DNA from: Chlorokybus atmophyticus
Taxonomy: Eukaryota > Plantae > Mesostigma and Chlorokybus algae
Assembly (NCBI GenBank): GCA_009103225.1
Contig: RHPI01002262.1
Span: 1,002,585-1,066,584, forward strand
DNA length: 64,000 nt
Reading direction: 5' to 3'
Numbering within the stretch: position 1 is the first letter of the stretch; each line of letters starts with the position of its first letter. Shown here piece by piece: positions 11,891 to 23,784 of the stretch. A program made the translations under genes and the position numbers. Under the pieces are notes generated by a model. That model did no database searches and was not told the origin of the DNA. It saw only the letters and a list, made by a program, of their open reading frames with translations.

Positions 11891-12700
11891 ATGCATGATA
11901 TGCATAATCACTGCTGATACTGCGCTCCTCCCAATGTGTGTTGTTGCCGGCTAGCGGGCGAAGGATGGGGCCTTTCTCAAATGCTTGAGGGGCTCTCATC
12001 TACATGGCTCAAGTACCGCTCCAGCACCTCGCAGAACTCCACACTTATGTCGCTCTTACGAACATTGGTGGCTGATACCAGCCCTGTACTATGGTTCTTA
12101 AGATGAGTAGCCTGTGTACAAACTTCTGTGCCCTCCATCAAAATGTGTTCCTTTTCTACGCGAGCCCCTTCACTGTCGCTTTGCCATGTGCACCACAAGT
12201 ACATGCATACTGTGTAGTCACGCCAAAGCACTGCGCTTTCACAAGTAGCTCCCATTGGTCGAACACTCTGCACCTGCTGCTGAAAGTAGCATACCAATAT
12301 GCTCATGTCTTATTGAGCCAATGGCAAACATAGGCTGCACGCCGGCCCGAGCTATCACTTTAGCGTATCCAGCGCGATACTCACGCACGGCCACAGACTC
12401 GCAAGGGTTGCCCAATGGATGACTTGTGCTCCATGGGCCAACTCGGCCATACCATCTAAACCCAGCGCTTAAGTGCATATTGGTCACCTCAACAGTGGCG
12501 CTGGATATCATGATTGCACCATGCTTATGTTTGCACCGTGCTCTGCTGATATGTACGTCATTCCAATGCCCAGCGAGATAAGTTGTCACTACGGTGGGAG
12601 TAATGTCGTTCACAGCAACATGTAGAGCTTGCAGGTAGTGGATGAACTCCTGCCACACCACTTCTCGGTGAGCGCGCATTTGTGGCGGCAGCACTGATGC
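11697..12700 (-). pseudogene. Tyrosine recombinase on the strand opposite to RT
   Basis: N-terminal WQEFIHYL...TPTVVTTYL...GNPCESVAVREYRAGY; HSFR box at 11829-11840 (LHSFRQGGAQ), followed after one stop by GVWKGAQSMLMY (W and catalytic Tyr positions). Confidence 0.82.
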
Positions 12701-13875
12701 GCTCTACATCTGCCAATGCGAGCATGGCGCGTTGTTGCATGTTGCGTTGTAATAGGGACCCGCTGTTGATGTGCAATCGCTGTGTGCGCCGGGTCTTAGC
12801 ATTTGCTTGCAGCGAACATGCGATGTCCATGTGCGCATGTGACTCTCTTGTAGATACTTGATGCGCCATTGGTATGCACATTGCAATACTGATGGCTTTT
12901 TGTGAAAACTACATGTCACTCTGAGCATTAATGCAATGTGCTAACAGATAGCTTGGGCATGTACAAAATCAAGTGTTTTCTTTGAACAAGCAATGTTGTG
13001 TACTGAGGTATGTTGGGAGGGAGGGTAGCAGACAATACAAACGCAGACGATGGTTACACCTGTTACCACTCTTGTCATTGCAGAGGACAGATTGTAGTGT
13101 CATAGTACATGCCAGACTTTGCACACTAATGTAAGATTAAAGTTAGCAACTATTGTAATCAGAATCTCGCATCGCGTGAGAGCTCATACACAGCGGCCCT
13201 ATGCAACCGAAGTGCACCGGGGCAAAGGGTATGGCAGGTCCACGGGACCCGCGGAGGACAATTAAGGCCAGTCTCAAGACTGGCCTAGCTCGGCGGGGAC
13301 TAATACTGGTCTCCGTTTATAAAAACGTTGTAGTGGGCCGCGGCGATGTACGGCCATAATATTGGTCCATTTTTTACTAAATGCAGGGGCCACTGCTGGT
13401 GCCAGTCGACGGGTACAAGATTGATCGGGTTTTTGCAATTCTTACAGGCCAATGCTCGTACCGGTTGACCGGTACAGTAATAGCCGGTTATTTATAAAAC
13501 ATACACGCCAATACTGGTGCCTTATAAATAGGAGCAATATGAGTAGAGTATTTTCGCATGCAACATGCCAGTTCTTCAGTGTTGGGGCCGATTTATGGAC
13601 CATTGCTGGTCTTGTATAAATGTATATTTTATACACAAAGCAATAATGGTCTTGCAGGGTGCATTTGCATAGTTGTTTGTTGGCATGTGTATTGAAAATC
13701 ATAGTAACAGTTTGCAATGCTTACAAACACACACATCACATATAATGATTACAACAAGTCCACACTACTCCACCTGTTACTAACACTACAAACTACGCAA
13801 CTATTACATGTGTAAAGAAACTGCAGCTCCAACCAATGCATACGCCTGAGCGACTGGCAGGCAGGCAGGCAGCAT

Positions 13876-14543
13876 TATGACAGTGCTCGTGCCTTGTCAC
13901 CTATTAATTGGTCCAATCAACAACCTTCGCACCAAGACACGGTATTCACACCGGAACCTTGCCCCCTCTGCCAAGCACACACGCGCGCCCCACCAATCGC
14001 GTACGCACGCGCATACGCTCGAAGCTACACACCGACTGGTGTAGCACCTTGGATCGTCACACAAGCAAGCACACACCAGTGGACACACGCTAGCAACCCC
14101 TGCTAACCACCACAAAGCTTGCGCACAAACAATTAGGGAGCTAAAGGTTGTATTGCAAATTGTAGAATGTCACTTTATACCTACCATTTTGCACATGCTA
14201 TTGTCTAGACGATCCTAGCGCTAGACAAAACTAGAAGCCAAAATATTCTTGCAGAATCTTATAGTACACTTCGAGACGTTTTCGACGCACCAAAGATCTC
14301 CTCATTTGCTGCTCATATGGTCAGGTTATACTCTTTGGCGCCAGGCCCTTCCAAAAATATGGTCGAGCCCTTCTCAATTGGCCCTCCGTTTTCTGGCGGC
14401 TTCCCGACTCGTTCTGGGCCGGTCGTCATTTGTGGCAGCCTCACAACTCGTTGATATCCGCCAGAAGTCGTGAACACATGGTATCGGACAAATAGGGCCT
14501 AAAGTGGCCATGAAAATCACAAGATTTGGCCTTGACTGTTACA
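13876..14543 (-). repeat. 3' LTR of element 2 (668 bp)
   Basis: Minus strand begins TGTAACAG right after the PPT; aligns along its length with 20156-20801. Confidence 0.9.
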
Positions 14544-16432
14544 CTCCTTCCCCCCTAAGTGAGCTTCGTCCTCGAAACTTGCGAGGTAATTGTCGAGCAA
14601 ATAATCGCACACAACGTCTCGACCATTAGCCAAGTGTGCCTCTGGCTCCCAAGATGCTTCGTGCAACGGATAGCCCTTCCATTTCACTAAGAACTTGCGC
14701 ACGCCATGCACAAACTTCTCACCAAGGATGTCTTCTACCTCCCACTCTGGTTCACCATCCTTGCTAACTTCGGGAGGCGACGTTTCTGGCGGTTGTCCTC
14801 AATATGCCTTCAAAAGGGAGACGTGAAAAACTGGGTGCACACGCATAGTGTCGGGTAGCTCCGGCTTGTACACCACGTCAGAGATAACTTTGCTGACCTT
14901 ATATGGTCCCAACCAGCGTTCATTAAGCTTGCGAACTCCCATGCGCACCTATACATGCTTCACGGAGAGTAACATAATGTCGCCTTCCCAAAATGTGAGG
15001 TGTCGGCAATGCACGTTCGTGTACTTCTTCTGCCTGTTTTGTGCCACCGATAGCGCCTCCCTAGCTGCCTTGCTAATGTCCGCGCACTTTGTGAGAAAGC
15101 CATTAACTGCCTTCACACGCACGTCATGTCGTCGCGCCGTCCATGCCGCCAACGGTGTCAATGGGTGTTGCCCGTGATTCATAATGAAGGGAGTAACACC
15201 TGTGCTTGCATTGTGGTGGTTGCTGATCGCAAACTCCACCCACGCAAGCAGCTCCGCCCAATTGTCTTGTCGCGCATTAATGTAGCAACGCAGAATAACA
15301 TCGATTGTACATATAGCCCGCTCCGTCTGCCCATTTGTTTGCGAGTGCAATGCTGTGCTAAACTTCAGTATGGTACGTAATGCACTATGCAGCGCCTCCC
15401 ATAACTTACTTGTAAAGCGCGGGTCGTAATCACTAACAATGCTTCATGGTAATCCATAAGAACGGAACACATGCTTCACGAACAAGTGTGCTGCCTCCAG
15501 TGCCGTGCAAGACTTGCCACACGGTGCCAAGTGTACCATGTTGCTGATTTCATCGACGAACACAAGTATAGCGTTGTACCCTTCTTTTGTCTTTAGTAGC
15601 CCAGTAATAAAGTCCATGATAACTTGCTCCCACTTGGACAATGGCATAGGAAGAGGTTGCAGCAACCCACCTGGCTTTTTGTTGCTTGCCTTCACCCTTT
15701 AGCATGCGTCGCATAACGCCACGTAGTCGTGCACATTGCGATGCATCTCTCGCTAATAAACGCTGCTTCAAGCTTGTGAAAGTCCTCTCCAACCTTTGAT
15801 GACCAGCAATGGGCACATCATGAGCTTCCTTTAGCAACATCACACCGATATGCGCAACATTGGGGATGTAGAAGCGCCCGTGTGGCCATAGCAGCCCGTC
15901 GCGCAATGACCAATGCCCACTTGTGTTCATGGCTGCACTTTTCAGCTCTTGCAACACTTTCATCCCCTTCATGTCTTCACGACGCACTTGCCGAATCTGA
16001 TCGGTCCACTCGGGCTGCACTTGAGCAAGTGCCTCAATTGTATTAAGCCGGCTCAGCGCGTAAGCAATATCGTTTGACGTACCGGGCTTGTATTTTATAT
16101 CGAAGTTAAAATGTTGAAAGAACTCCAGCCATCGTGCTTGTCTGCAGCTTAGATGAGGTTGTTTTTGTAAGTAACTCAGTGGAGAAGGATCTGTCTCTAG
16201 CGCGATTTTTTTGCCTTCCAGACAACAACGCCATTGCCGTAGCGCCATTACTTGCGCCAAAAGTTCCTTCTCATGCACGGGGTAATTTAGCTCCGCACCA
16301 CTCATCTTCTTGCTAAAGGATGCTACTGGTTGAAGGCCGTTGCTATGGTCTTGCTGCAAAACAGCTCTTACAGCTGTGCCGGATGCGTCGCAAGCCAAAA
16401 TAAATGTCTTTTCCATGTCGGGGTGAGCCAGA

Positions 16433-16931
16433 AACTCACACACGAGTTATATGCGACACACAGCTCATGCTGGGGGGTCGCTATGGGTCGATATCACGGT
16501 GGCTATGCCCAGCACCCAAGTGCGTTACAATACAAAGATACAAGTGTACAGATGTAGGCTGCTTTGTACACAAGTCTGCACTATGGCGCTAGGCTACAAC
16601 TACGGGAACTACTTCGTCACGCCAGGTGCGAAAGTCACGCGCTTCGTCGGTCTTCAACTCATGGATGGCGCCAGTGCTGCCGACGTTGAGGTTGAAGCTT
16701 GAGAAGCCTGTACACCTGCAAAGTATACGACACTCGCCACCATTGCCAAGGATGGCGCCGCCGCGCTAGGGTTTCAAGCGATTAGATAAGGAGCTTGTGA
16801 CTCACAACTCACATCTGGTGAGTGCTTGTGCCCCCAAGTGCCCAAGGCACTAGGGGCACAAGAGTCTCATAACTCATTAACGAGTTCTTGAGTTCATGGG
16901 CGCGCATTTCATGCGCCTCATGAACTCATAT
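16433..16931 (-). mobile_element. 499-bp solo split-repeat unit (A + spacer + B) of the DIRS family, inserted in pol of element 2
   Basis: Matches 41738-42236 end to end; removal restores GCA CCG GT|T CTG GCT (APVLA) with no target duplication. Confidence 0.9.
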
Positions 16932-17042
16932 ACCGGTGCCTCCGTCAGCGCCTTCTTTAACGCAACAAATGCATGTTTCTCTGTTGCTGCAAAGCTCCAA
17001 GGCTTTCCCTACTTGAGTAGGGCAGTCAAGGGAGCAGCTATG

Positions 17043-17481
17043 TGTTAAGAACTAGTGTGCATGTATGCGCCCTTCCTCATACATGCGCTAACACTAGGGG
17101 AACAACAAGTGCAATAGCATATCAGTAATAAAGAGAAGTATGTTCCTATTGCAGTTCCACCTGTATGCGCCACATACAGTGACTTATATACAAAGCTAGT
17201 CAACACTTAAAAAGACTCGTCAACCCTAGTCAAAGTTAACTCTAGTCAACACTAGTCAACCCTAGTCAGTGGTCAAAGTCAAAGTTGACCGTGACTGTCG
17301 TAACTCCCGTAACTCCTGTTGACTATAATTCCCATTGCGTAACCGCCGCACATGGTCCAAGTAACATCAACAAGCTGATTGTATTATCAGCATACTATAC
17401 TAGCAAACCTCATATGCTTAACCTTCAACATGTACTATAAGCATACTATACTAGCAAACCTCATATGCTTAACTTTTAACA
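17043..17481 (-). mobile_element. Copia-type solo LTR with perfect 5-bp TSD CTATG
   Basis: TGTT...AACA termini; CTATG at 17038-17042 and 17482-17486; removal restores the gypsy frame GFSRIAAPLT; internal CTAGTCAAC/TAACTCCCG subrepeats. Confidence 0.92.
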
Positions 17482-19139
17482 CTATGCGCGAAAACCCCAT
17501 GATAACCTTACGCATAATACCCCGCAAGGCCTAAAAAGGACATCACCTCTTCTACAATGGTCGGGGAAGCCCACTCGCGCACCACCTGCACTTTGTTGGG
17601 GTCCGGCTAATTGCCTTCATGCCACACAATGTGGCCTAGGTACTCCACCTTTCGAAGCAAGAATTTGCACTTTTGTAGCTGGGCGTACAACTTGTGTTCG
17701 CGCAAATGCTGCAACACGCGCCGTGGAAGTGCCACGTGCTCCTGCTTTGTCTGCGCGTACACTAAAATGTCGTCGAAGTTCACGAGGACTCCCTTACCAA
17801 TCAAGTTAGCAAAAACGCTGTTAGTTAGCGGTTGAAATGTTGCCGGCGCGTTCGTAAGTCCGAAAGACATAACCAACCACTCGTAATGCCCATAACGTGT
17901 GTTGAAAAGCTTTTTTCCCCATATCTTTGGGCGCGATGCGGATTTGGTGATAACCTCCAGCAAGATCAAAGCAAGCAAAGAAAGCAATTCCTCTTCGTGA
18001 TGTTGTTGAGAGCTCGGTAGTCGACGCATGCGCAAGCTCCCGTTCTTCTTTTGTATAAACGAAAAAGGTGCACCATAAGGGGATTTACTAGGCCTAAAGT
18101 AGCCTTTTTTTAGCAAGTCCGCCATCTGCCTCTCGGCCTCTTCCAGCTCCAAAAGTAACAACTTGTATATGGGTCAATACGGTGGCTTGTGCACGCCCTC
18201 AATCACCTCCACATGATGGTCTAAGCTCCGTGAAGGTGGTAGACTAGATGGAAGTCCGTCCACCATAATATTATAGTATTCTTATACAAGTTTACACACC
18301 TTGGGGTCCAACGTAGCCATCTTAGCATCGTCTCTCAGCTCCGGTGCTGACTTTGCAATGTTTTCGCGCACCGCATACAACCATGCAGCTTTTGCCTTTT
18401 GTGGAGATAATAACTTCCTCAATTGCACGTAAGATGTCTGGTCAATTGTTGTACCACCTAATTGTGCGTGCCGCGCCTCGATGACGTCCGACGCAGATTG
18501 AATGATCTTTTCACAATTTCGTTCGTTGGTGAGCAAGCGCTTCCTCCAATTGACGGATAGATGATGTTGCCATAGCCACAATAGTCCAAAAATCCCGCCA
18601 AACCCGTTCCGTAGGGTGATGCAAAAAAATCGCATGTTCCCCTTCATCTTCCCACTGCGAACGCATAACTCTTTGGTCATGAATGCAGCGCCATTACCTC
18701 AGAGGGTGGCTCTCCATTAGCGAGCTTCACTTCACCTCCTCGTAATGATCAAAGCCAACTGTAACGCCGCGCATTATCAATGCTCATAAAGTTGCTATTG
18801 GCACCGCTATCAATCATGAGCTTACACTTTCCATATCGTCCTTTGTCATCGCAAATGTGTGCTTGAAGCCCGAAGTACTTTGTTGTTTCCCATGTGCATA
18901 ACTCACCACTGCTGGCGCGTTCATAGCCATCTCCTCTAACTTTCTTGGTGGATATGTTACAGCATCCGTCCGTGCATTAGGCTTGTTCCTATCCCCAGCA
19001 GTAGCCTCCTCACACACTGAGGGAAGTCGTTTTCCTGCTCCACGCCATGTTGCTCCATGATGTGGACGCGACAGTCATGGCGAGGGTTGACATTCGATGT
19101 TGGCTTTTGCGTGCTTTGTTTGGGGCATCCATACGCCAA

Positions 19140-20042
19140 ATGCTCAGTCGACCCACGCGTTTAACACTTGCACACCCCTTTACCTCGTTCACCACGTCCG
19201 CCGTGCTTCGCCTCACTTCCACGCGTGTGTATGGCACCCACCTGCATTGGTGCCGGCCCAGAGTCAGCGCCACCTCCATAGGCAAGCGTTAAACTTGGTT
19301 CTCCTTGTCTCCATGCACATTAAAAGCCTCCCCAAGGCTGATCACCATGCCTTTGCCTCCATTCAGTGTTTCTTGTAGTGGACTTGAAGTATAACGCGTC
19401 GAGACGCTCCGCTATGCGCATAGCCTCCGCGAGTGTTGCGGGTCCCATAGCTCCACTTCTTTACGCCCCAAAAGTTTTAAACCACGTGTATACCTGTCCA
19501 GCTGCTCCTCCTCGATCATATTGGGTATGGACATCACCAATCGCTGAAACGCGCAGCCGTGTAATGCCATCACCGACCCCATTTGCACAAGGGCTGCAAG
19601 GTTATCGCGTGCGGCCTTCAAGCTCTCAACGGAAACAAATTGATGCCTGACCTCCATTGCCAACTCTTCCATGGTGGTCAAGTGTAGCGCTAACCCACTT
19701 GCAACACGCGTATAACGTTGTCTCCACCATACAAGTGCTGCACCTTCAAGCAATGTCGCTGCAACCTCTACATGCAGATGCGTGGGCACCTCCATGAGCT
19801 TCAACCAAAACAATACTTGAAAAATCCATTCATCCACTGCATCTCCATTACGTTGACCCTTGAATGGCTTGGGCTTTGGCACCTTCAAGGATGAGGTTCA
19901 CATGCACGCGCGAGCTTGATGCCATGGGAACTTGTACATGCGCCATTGCATGCTCATACGCCTCGCGTTGTGCTTGTGCCGCCGCTTGAGTGTGATGAAG
20001 CTTTTCCCTCAATGCTAAGATGGCAGCTTGAAGCTCTTCCAT
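19140..20042 (-). pseudogene. gag: gag of element 2
   Basis: KVPKPKPFKGQRNGDAVDEW...LLEGAALVWW retrotransposon-gag signature; degenerate zinc knuckle near 19140-19190. Confidence 0.85.
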
Positions 20043-20155
20043 TACATACTTGCCAATCCTCCATCTCCACTAGCACACTACTCCGCTTCCGAATGAAAAG
20101 TGTAAAAGCCCACACACTTCCGCTCTCCATTCGTAAACCGTGCTGCGATATAAGT

Positions 20156-20801
20156 TGTGACAGTGCCCGTGCCTTGTCACCTGCGAGTTGATCCAATTAA
20201 CAACCATCTCACCAAGACACGGTATTCACACCGGACCCTTAAGCTTGCCCCCTCTACTAAGCACACACGCGCGCCCCGCCAATCACATACGCAAGCGCAT
20301 GCGCTTGAAGCTACACATCGACATGTGTAATGACTTGGATCGTTACACAAGCACACACCAGTGGACACACGCTAGCAACCCCTGCTAACCACCACCAAGC
20401 TTGCACACAAGAAACTAGGGAGCTAAAAGGTTGTATTGCAAATTGCAGAATGTTACTTTTATACCTACCAGTCTGCACATGCTATTGTTTAGACAATTTT
20501 AGCGCTAGACAAAATAAAAAGAAAAAATATCTTTGCAGAATCTTGTAGTACACTTCTACACCTTTCCAACGCCCCAAAGATCTCCTCATTTGCTGCTCAT
20601 ATTGTCAGGTTATACTACTTGGCGCCAGGCCCTTTCAGAAATTTGGTCGCGCCCTTCTCGATTGGCCCTCCTTTTTCAGGCGGCTTCCACACTGGCCCTA
20701 GGCCGGTCAATAACTGCGGCAGACTCGCAACTCGCCGATATCCGCCACAAGTCATAAAACCCATGGTATCTCACAAATAAGGCCTAAAATGGCCATGAAA
20801 A
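20156..20801 (-). repeat. 5' LTR of element 2, missing ~27 bp at its start
   Basis: Aligns to 13876-14516 and stops at GGCCATGAAAA where a TG/CA-rich tract begins. Confidence 0.88.
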
Positions 20802-21190
20802 GTGCATGTGTATGCGCGCGCACACACATGCACTCATACATGCATACCAACGCATGCCTACGCGCGCGTGTTTGTACCTGCAGCTCTTGAGGGCATCATG
20901 TGCGTGAGCACTGCGCATGCGCACGCCCTTCATGCCTGGACACCCTGTATTGCACATACACGCTTACAACCTTGCACGCCTGGTCAACCTGCACATATGC
21001 GCGTGCCCACATGTCAGATCGTCTGAAGGGCATCATGGGTACGTGCATGCATGCATGCGTGCGCGCAAGCTTGCACGCCTATACATTATTGCACAAGCTT
21101 GCACGTGCGTGCAGGTGGGCGTGTGCAATTGTGCGAGAACATGTCGGCATGCGTGCCTTGGTGCATACAGGCATGCACGTATGTACAGTG
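20802..21190. repeat. Low-complexity TG/CA-rich tract
   Basis: Dense GCAC/ATGC/GTGC motifs; its ORFs are H/T/A/C-rich artefacts. Confidence 0.7.
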
Positions 21191-21384
21191 TAGTTGGCAC
21201 GTAAGTGAACATTAACAAGGACAAGTTAGACATTCTTACGATTCCCATAAGCGCTACCAAAGAATCATGCAGCTTGCTTTTTAAGAAACTCACTGTAAAG
21301 AGGTTGATGCTAATGTAGTGGTCACCTATGTTTACACTAGACACATTAATAAAAATCTTCACAAGACGAAGGAAAGGGGGGAAG

Positions 21385-21732
21385 TATTGAGAGATTGCAC
21401 AGTAGCAACAATGCATACGCACAAGTGTGGCGCCAACAAGTGAAGAGCAGATCTTACTGTATTACACAACAGACAGTGTCTTATATAGTACATTAGTGAT
21501 TGCTAGTAAAAACTAGTCAACACTAGTCAACTCCAGTCAAAGTCAACACTAGTCAACACTAGTCAAAGTCATCGTCCATGGTCAAAGTCAAAGTCAAAGC
21601 CAACGTTGACCAAGGTTGACTGTAACTCCCGTAACTCCCGTAATGGCCGTCGACCATAACTCCCGCATCTTTCAAAGATAAGTTGATTGTGAAAGTTTAT
21701 CTAAGGCGCCACCTACATAGGTACCTTTAACA
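21385..21732 (-). repeat. Copia-family LTR copy, no matching TSD
   Basis: Same CTAGTCAAC / GTCAAAGTC / TAACTCCCG subrepeats and GGCGCCACCTA motif as 31317-31698; ends CTTTAACA. Confidence 0.75.
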
Positions 21733-21839
21733 CACCATATCGCTTGACATTAAAAAAGCATGAATGATCTGTTCCTGCGGACCAAAATTTGCCCTTGCTA
21801 AATGAAATCGACAGACTATACACGGTCCATTTTTTATCG

Positions 21840-22330
21840 ACAACTGGACCATGCATGGACCAAATGTTACATGAATAGTGCCACTGTCCTTTATTCGCAT
21901 CAGGTTTGATGGCCAATTTTGATGGGGTTATATATTTATACATGAACCATCTATTGTGCGATCCCCCCTCGCACAGTGGACCATGCATGGTTTATCACTT
22001 GCAATTGTCCGGTAACTAGGAGTCGCACTATGCATGGTGTATGAGTACGGATCGAAAGTCTTATTTGTTAGTAGCTTGTATAGACCACTTGTGGTGCGAT
22101 GCCCTCTTGTTGCAATAGACTACATATGGTGCTAATAGGATTGACAGTAGTATCATGCGTGGTTTATGGCTACCAATAAGGTGTTGCACATGCATGGTCC
22201 ACGAGTGGCACCACCAAATCCCGCACCATACATGATGCGGTGGACACTGATTTCGCGCACCAATTGTAATCTGACATAATGTCACAACCATTGAAGCCAT
22301 GCATGGTCTAAGCACCAGTGCATGCACCAT
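21840..22330. repeat. Cluster of palindromic (C)CATGCATGG motifs in inverted arrangement
   Basis: GGACCATGCATGG near 21848 and 21978; reverse-oriented CATGCATGGTC near 22190 and 22300. Confidence 0.5.
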
Positions 22331-22497
22331 ACTTCAACATATACACTCCGTTTATGAGGGATTTGAATGCATTGTGAATTAACATTCTACTACAGCATTT
22401 CTCTATGTTTAGTAGTCTAGCTAATGTTACAAATATATTCCTATGGTCTCCTGCATGCGCTGCACGCTGCAGTTAACACTCTTAGCTGACTACAAGT

Positions 22498-23000
22498 TTA
22501 TTGTTTTGCCAGCACCTTCGGTGTAGCAGCTGAACATGCTTTCCACATTTTGGATTGTGTGCTGACCCCCAACCTCAGGAGGCATCGTGTGCAATAGGCT
22601 TGCTCGACAGCTGTTGTGAAACGTCTACACTTGTTATAACCCCTCTTGCCAACACGTGCGGGTGCAATTCGTAAAACCACAGCAACTATAAATGTGTGTA
22701 CACATGACAAGAAGCATTGACATGCATAATTGGCTCTAGCACAGTAAACCACCCACCCCTGAGGAAGTCGAGGGACATTACGTCCGCTGCCACTACGGTT
22801 GCAATAGCTTTGTCTTCCTTGCCTCGCTCAGCAGCCTTGCAATATGTAGGCAACTTAATAAGCACCCAAAAAGGTCAGTGACTTTTTGCAAGCCTATCAA
22901 TGACTAGCTGCAGTGCAATTTGCATATCTGTTTTGTAAATGCATATTGCCACTCGCACTCTCTTTCAACCTTTGGTTTGCCACCAAACACTTACTATTCG
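22498..23000 (-). pseudogene. Possible DNA-transposase (hAT-like) relic
   Basis: Broken frames give KAAERGKEDKAIATVVAADVMSLDF...VYCARANYACQCFL, weakly like plant hAT/DUF659 proteins. Confidence 0.25.
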
Positions 23001-23784
23001 CTACAAAGCGTAGTATGGCTGGGAAGTTCCTCTCATGTTAACAAGACTCCATTTGCTCAGGGTTTGTTGAATGGGACTTGGTGACGACATATAAATTGTG
23101 TGTGTATAATCTGCTGGTGATACTCAAACATCCAATGTATATTGCTCTTTGGTGGGGGCATTGGCTTCATTGTCGCAAATAATTGCGTATAATAGTCGAG
23201 ACGGCGCAAGTGGATACTTGCGCCATGTTCACATAGGGTTTATATGTTTTAAGAATATGTCGGTATCCGTATGCCTAAGGACTACTCCGGCGGCAAGGCT
23301 GACGGCGGTGGTGGCAGCGGCGGCAGGTGCATAATGAGGTAATGGGCTTAAAGCTTAGCATGGACAATCACCAACGCATGCAACAGTTGTTGCAATTGTA
23401 CATTGCTAGTCAACTAGTGCTGCACTAAGCGGGTTGCACTATTATCTGTTCACATCAAACAGTGTAAACCTTGATGGCGGTTTGCGCGGAGCGAGCGCGT
23501 CAACTAAGCATGCTCATCCCTCCCAACCCCAGGTCCCTAAATGGCTCAGGTAATGTGCGTGTGTGTATAGGTGCAGATATGTGCGCGTGTGTGCATTCTA
23601 TAGCTCATGCAATTATTGGTATTATTGCTCGTAGATGCCATACTCAAAACCCAAAATGCCTTGGTTGAAACAACGCCCTAACTCACCCCCAAACACTATT
23701 TCAATTGAGCCCATAGCGGTTTGAGAGCCACATGCCAGCAATAAGACTCCACCGGTGCACTGCCATGCGCCTCAGCCTAACGCT

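Larger units (their letters stand above)
8500..12930 (+). mobile_element. Degenerate DIRS-order retrotransposon with recombinase inverted relative to RT (kangaroo-like); termini not resolved
   Basis: + strand RT (GYKLDW, KLRLIMDLRYINAFL, LPFGL...SYIDD), RNase H and MTase-like motifs; - strand tyrosine recombinase motifs. Confidence 0.8.
14544..18900 (-). pseudogene. pol: Broken pol of element 2 (protease, RT, RNase H, integrase, chromodomain)
   Basis: ORFs 17607..18161 (RT), 15550..16443 (RNase H: CDASG...YPVHEKELLA), 14949..15350 (integrase HSQTNGQTER), 14517..14711 (chromodomain). Confidence 0.92.
13876..20801 (-). mobile_element. Near full-length Ty3/gypsy chromovirus (element 2) with two nested insertions
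   Basis: Matching LTRs 13876-14543 and 20156-20801; PPT 14544-14558; gag, protease DSG (18803-18811), RT, RNase H, integrase, chromodomain (FLVKWKGYPLHEASWEP). Confidence 0.95.

Noticed and set aside
11697-12700. Prophage or bacterial integrase / bacterial contamination
   Set aside because: The recombinases are embedded in DIRS-type RT/RNase H units among eukaryotic LTR elements and spliceosomal-intron genes; no phage or operon structure.
5400-13450. Split direct repeats bounding the inverted-YR element
   Set aside because: Only an 11-nt match (GCCGCGGCGAT near 6358 and 13337) was found between the candidate ends, too little to call termini.
17190-17340. CTAGTCAAC / GTCAAAGTC / TAACTCCCG short repeat arrays (also ~21500, 31490, 43590, 47500) as a CRISPR array or iterons
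   Set aside because: No constant repeat-spacer period and no cas genes; they are internal subrepeats of Copia-type LTRs with TG..CA ends and TSDs.
18282-18680. Extra cargo ORF between protease and RT of element 2
   Set aside because: GFGGIFGLLWLWQHHLSVNWRKR is the ordinary gypsy protease C-terminal/linker motif.
20137-20155. Canonical tRNA-iMet primer-binding site for element 2
   Set aside because: ACTTATATCGCAGC differs too much from TGGTATCAGAGC to assign a primer tRNA.
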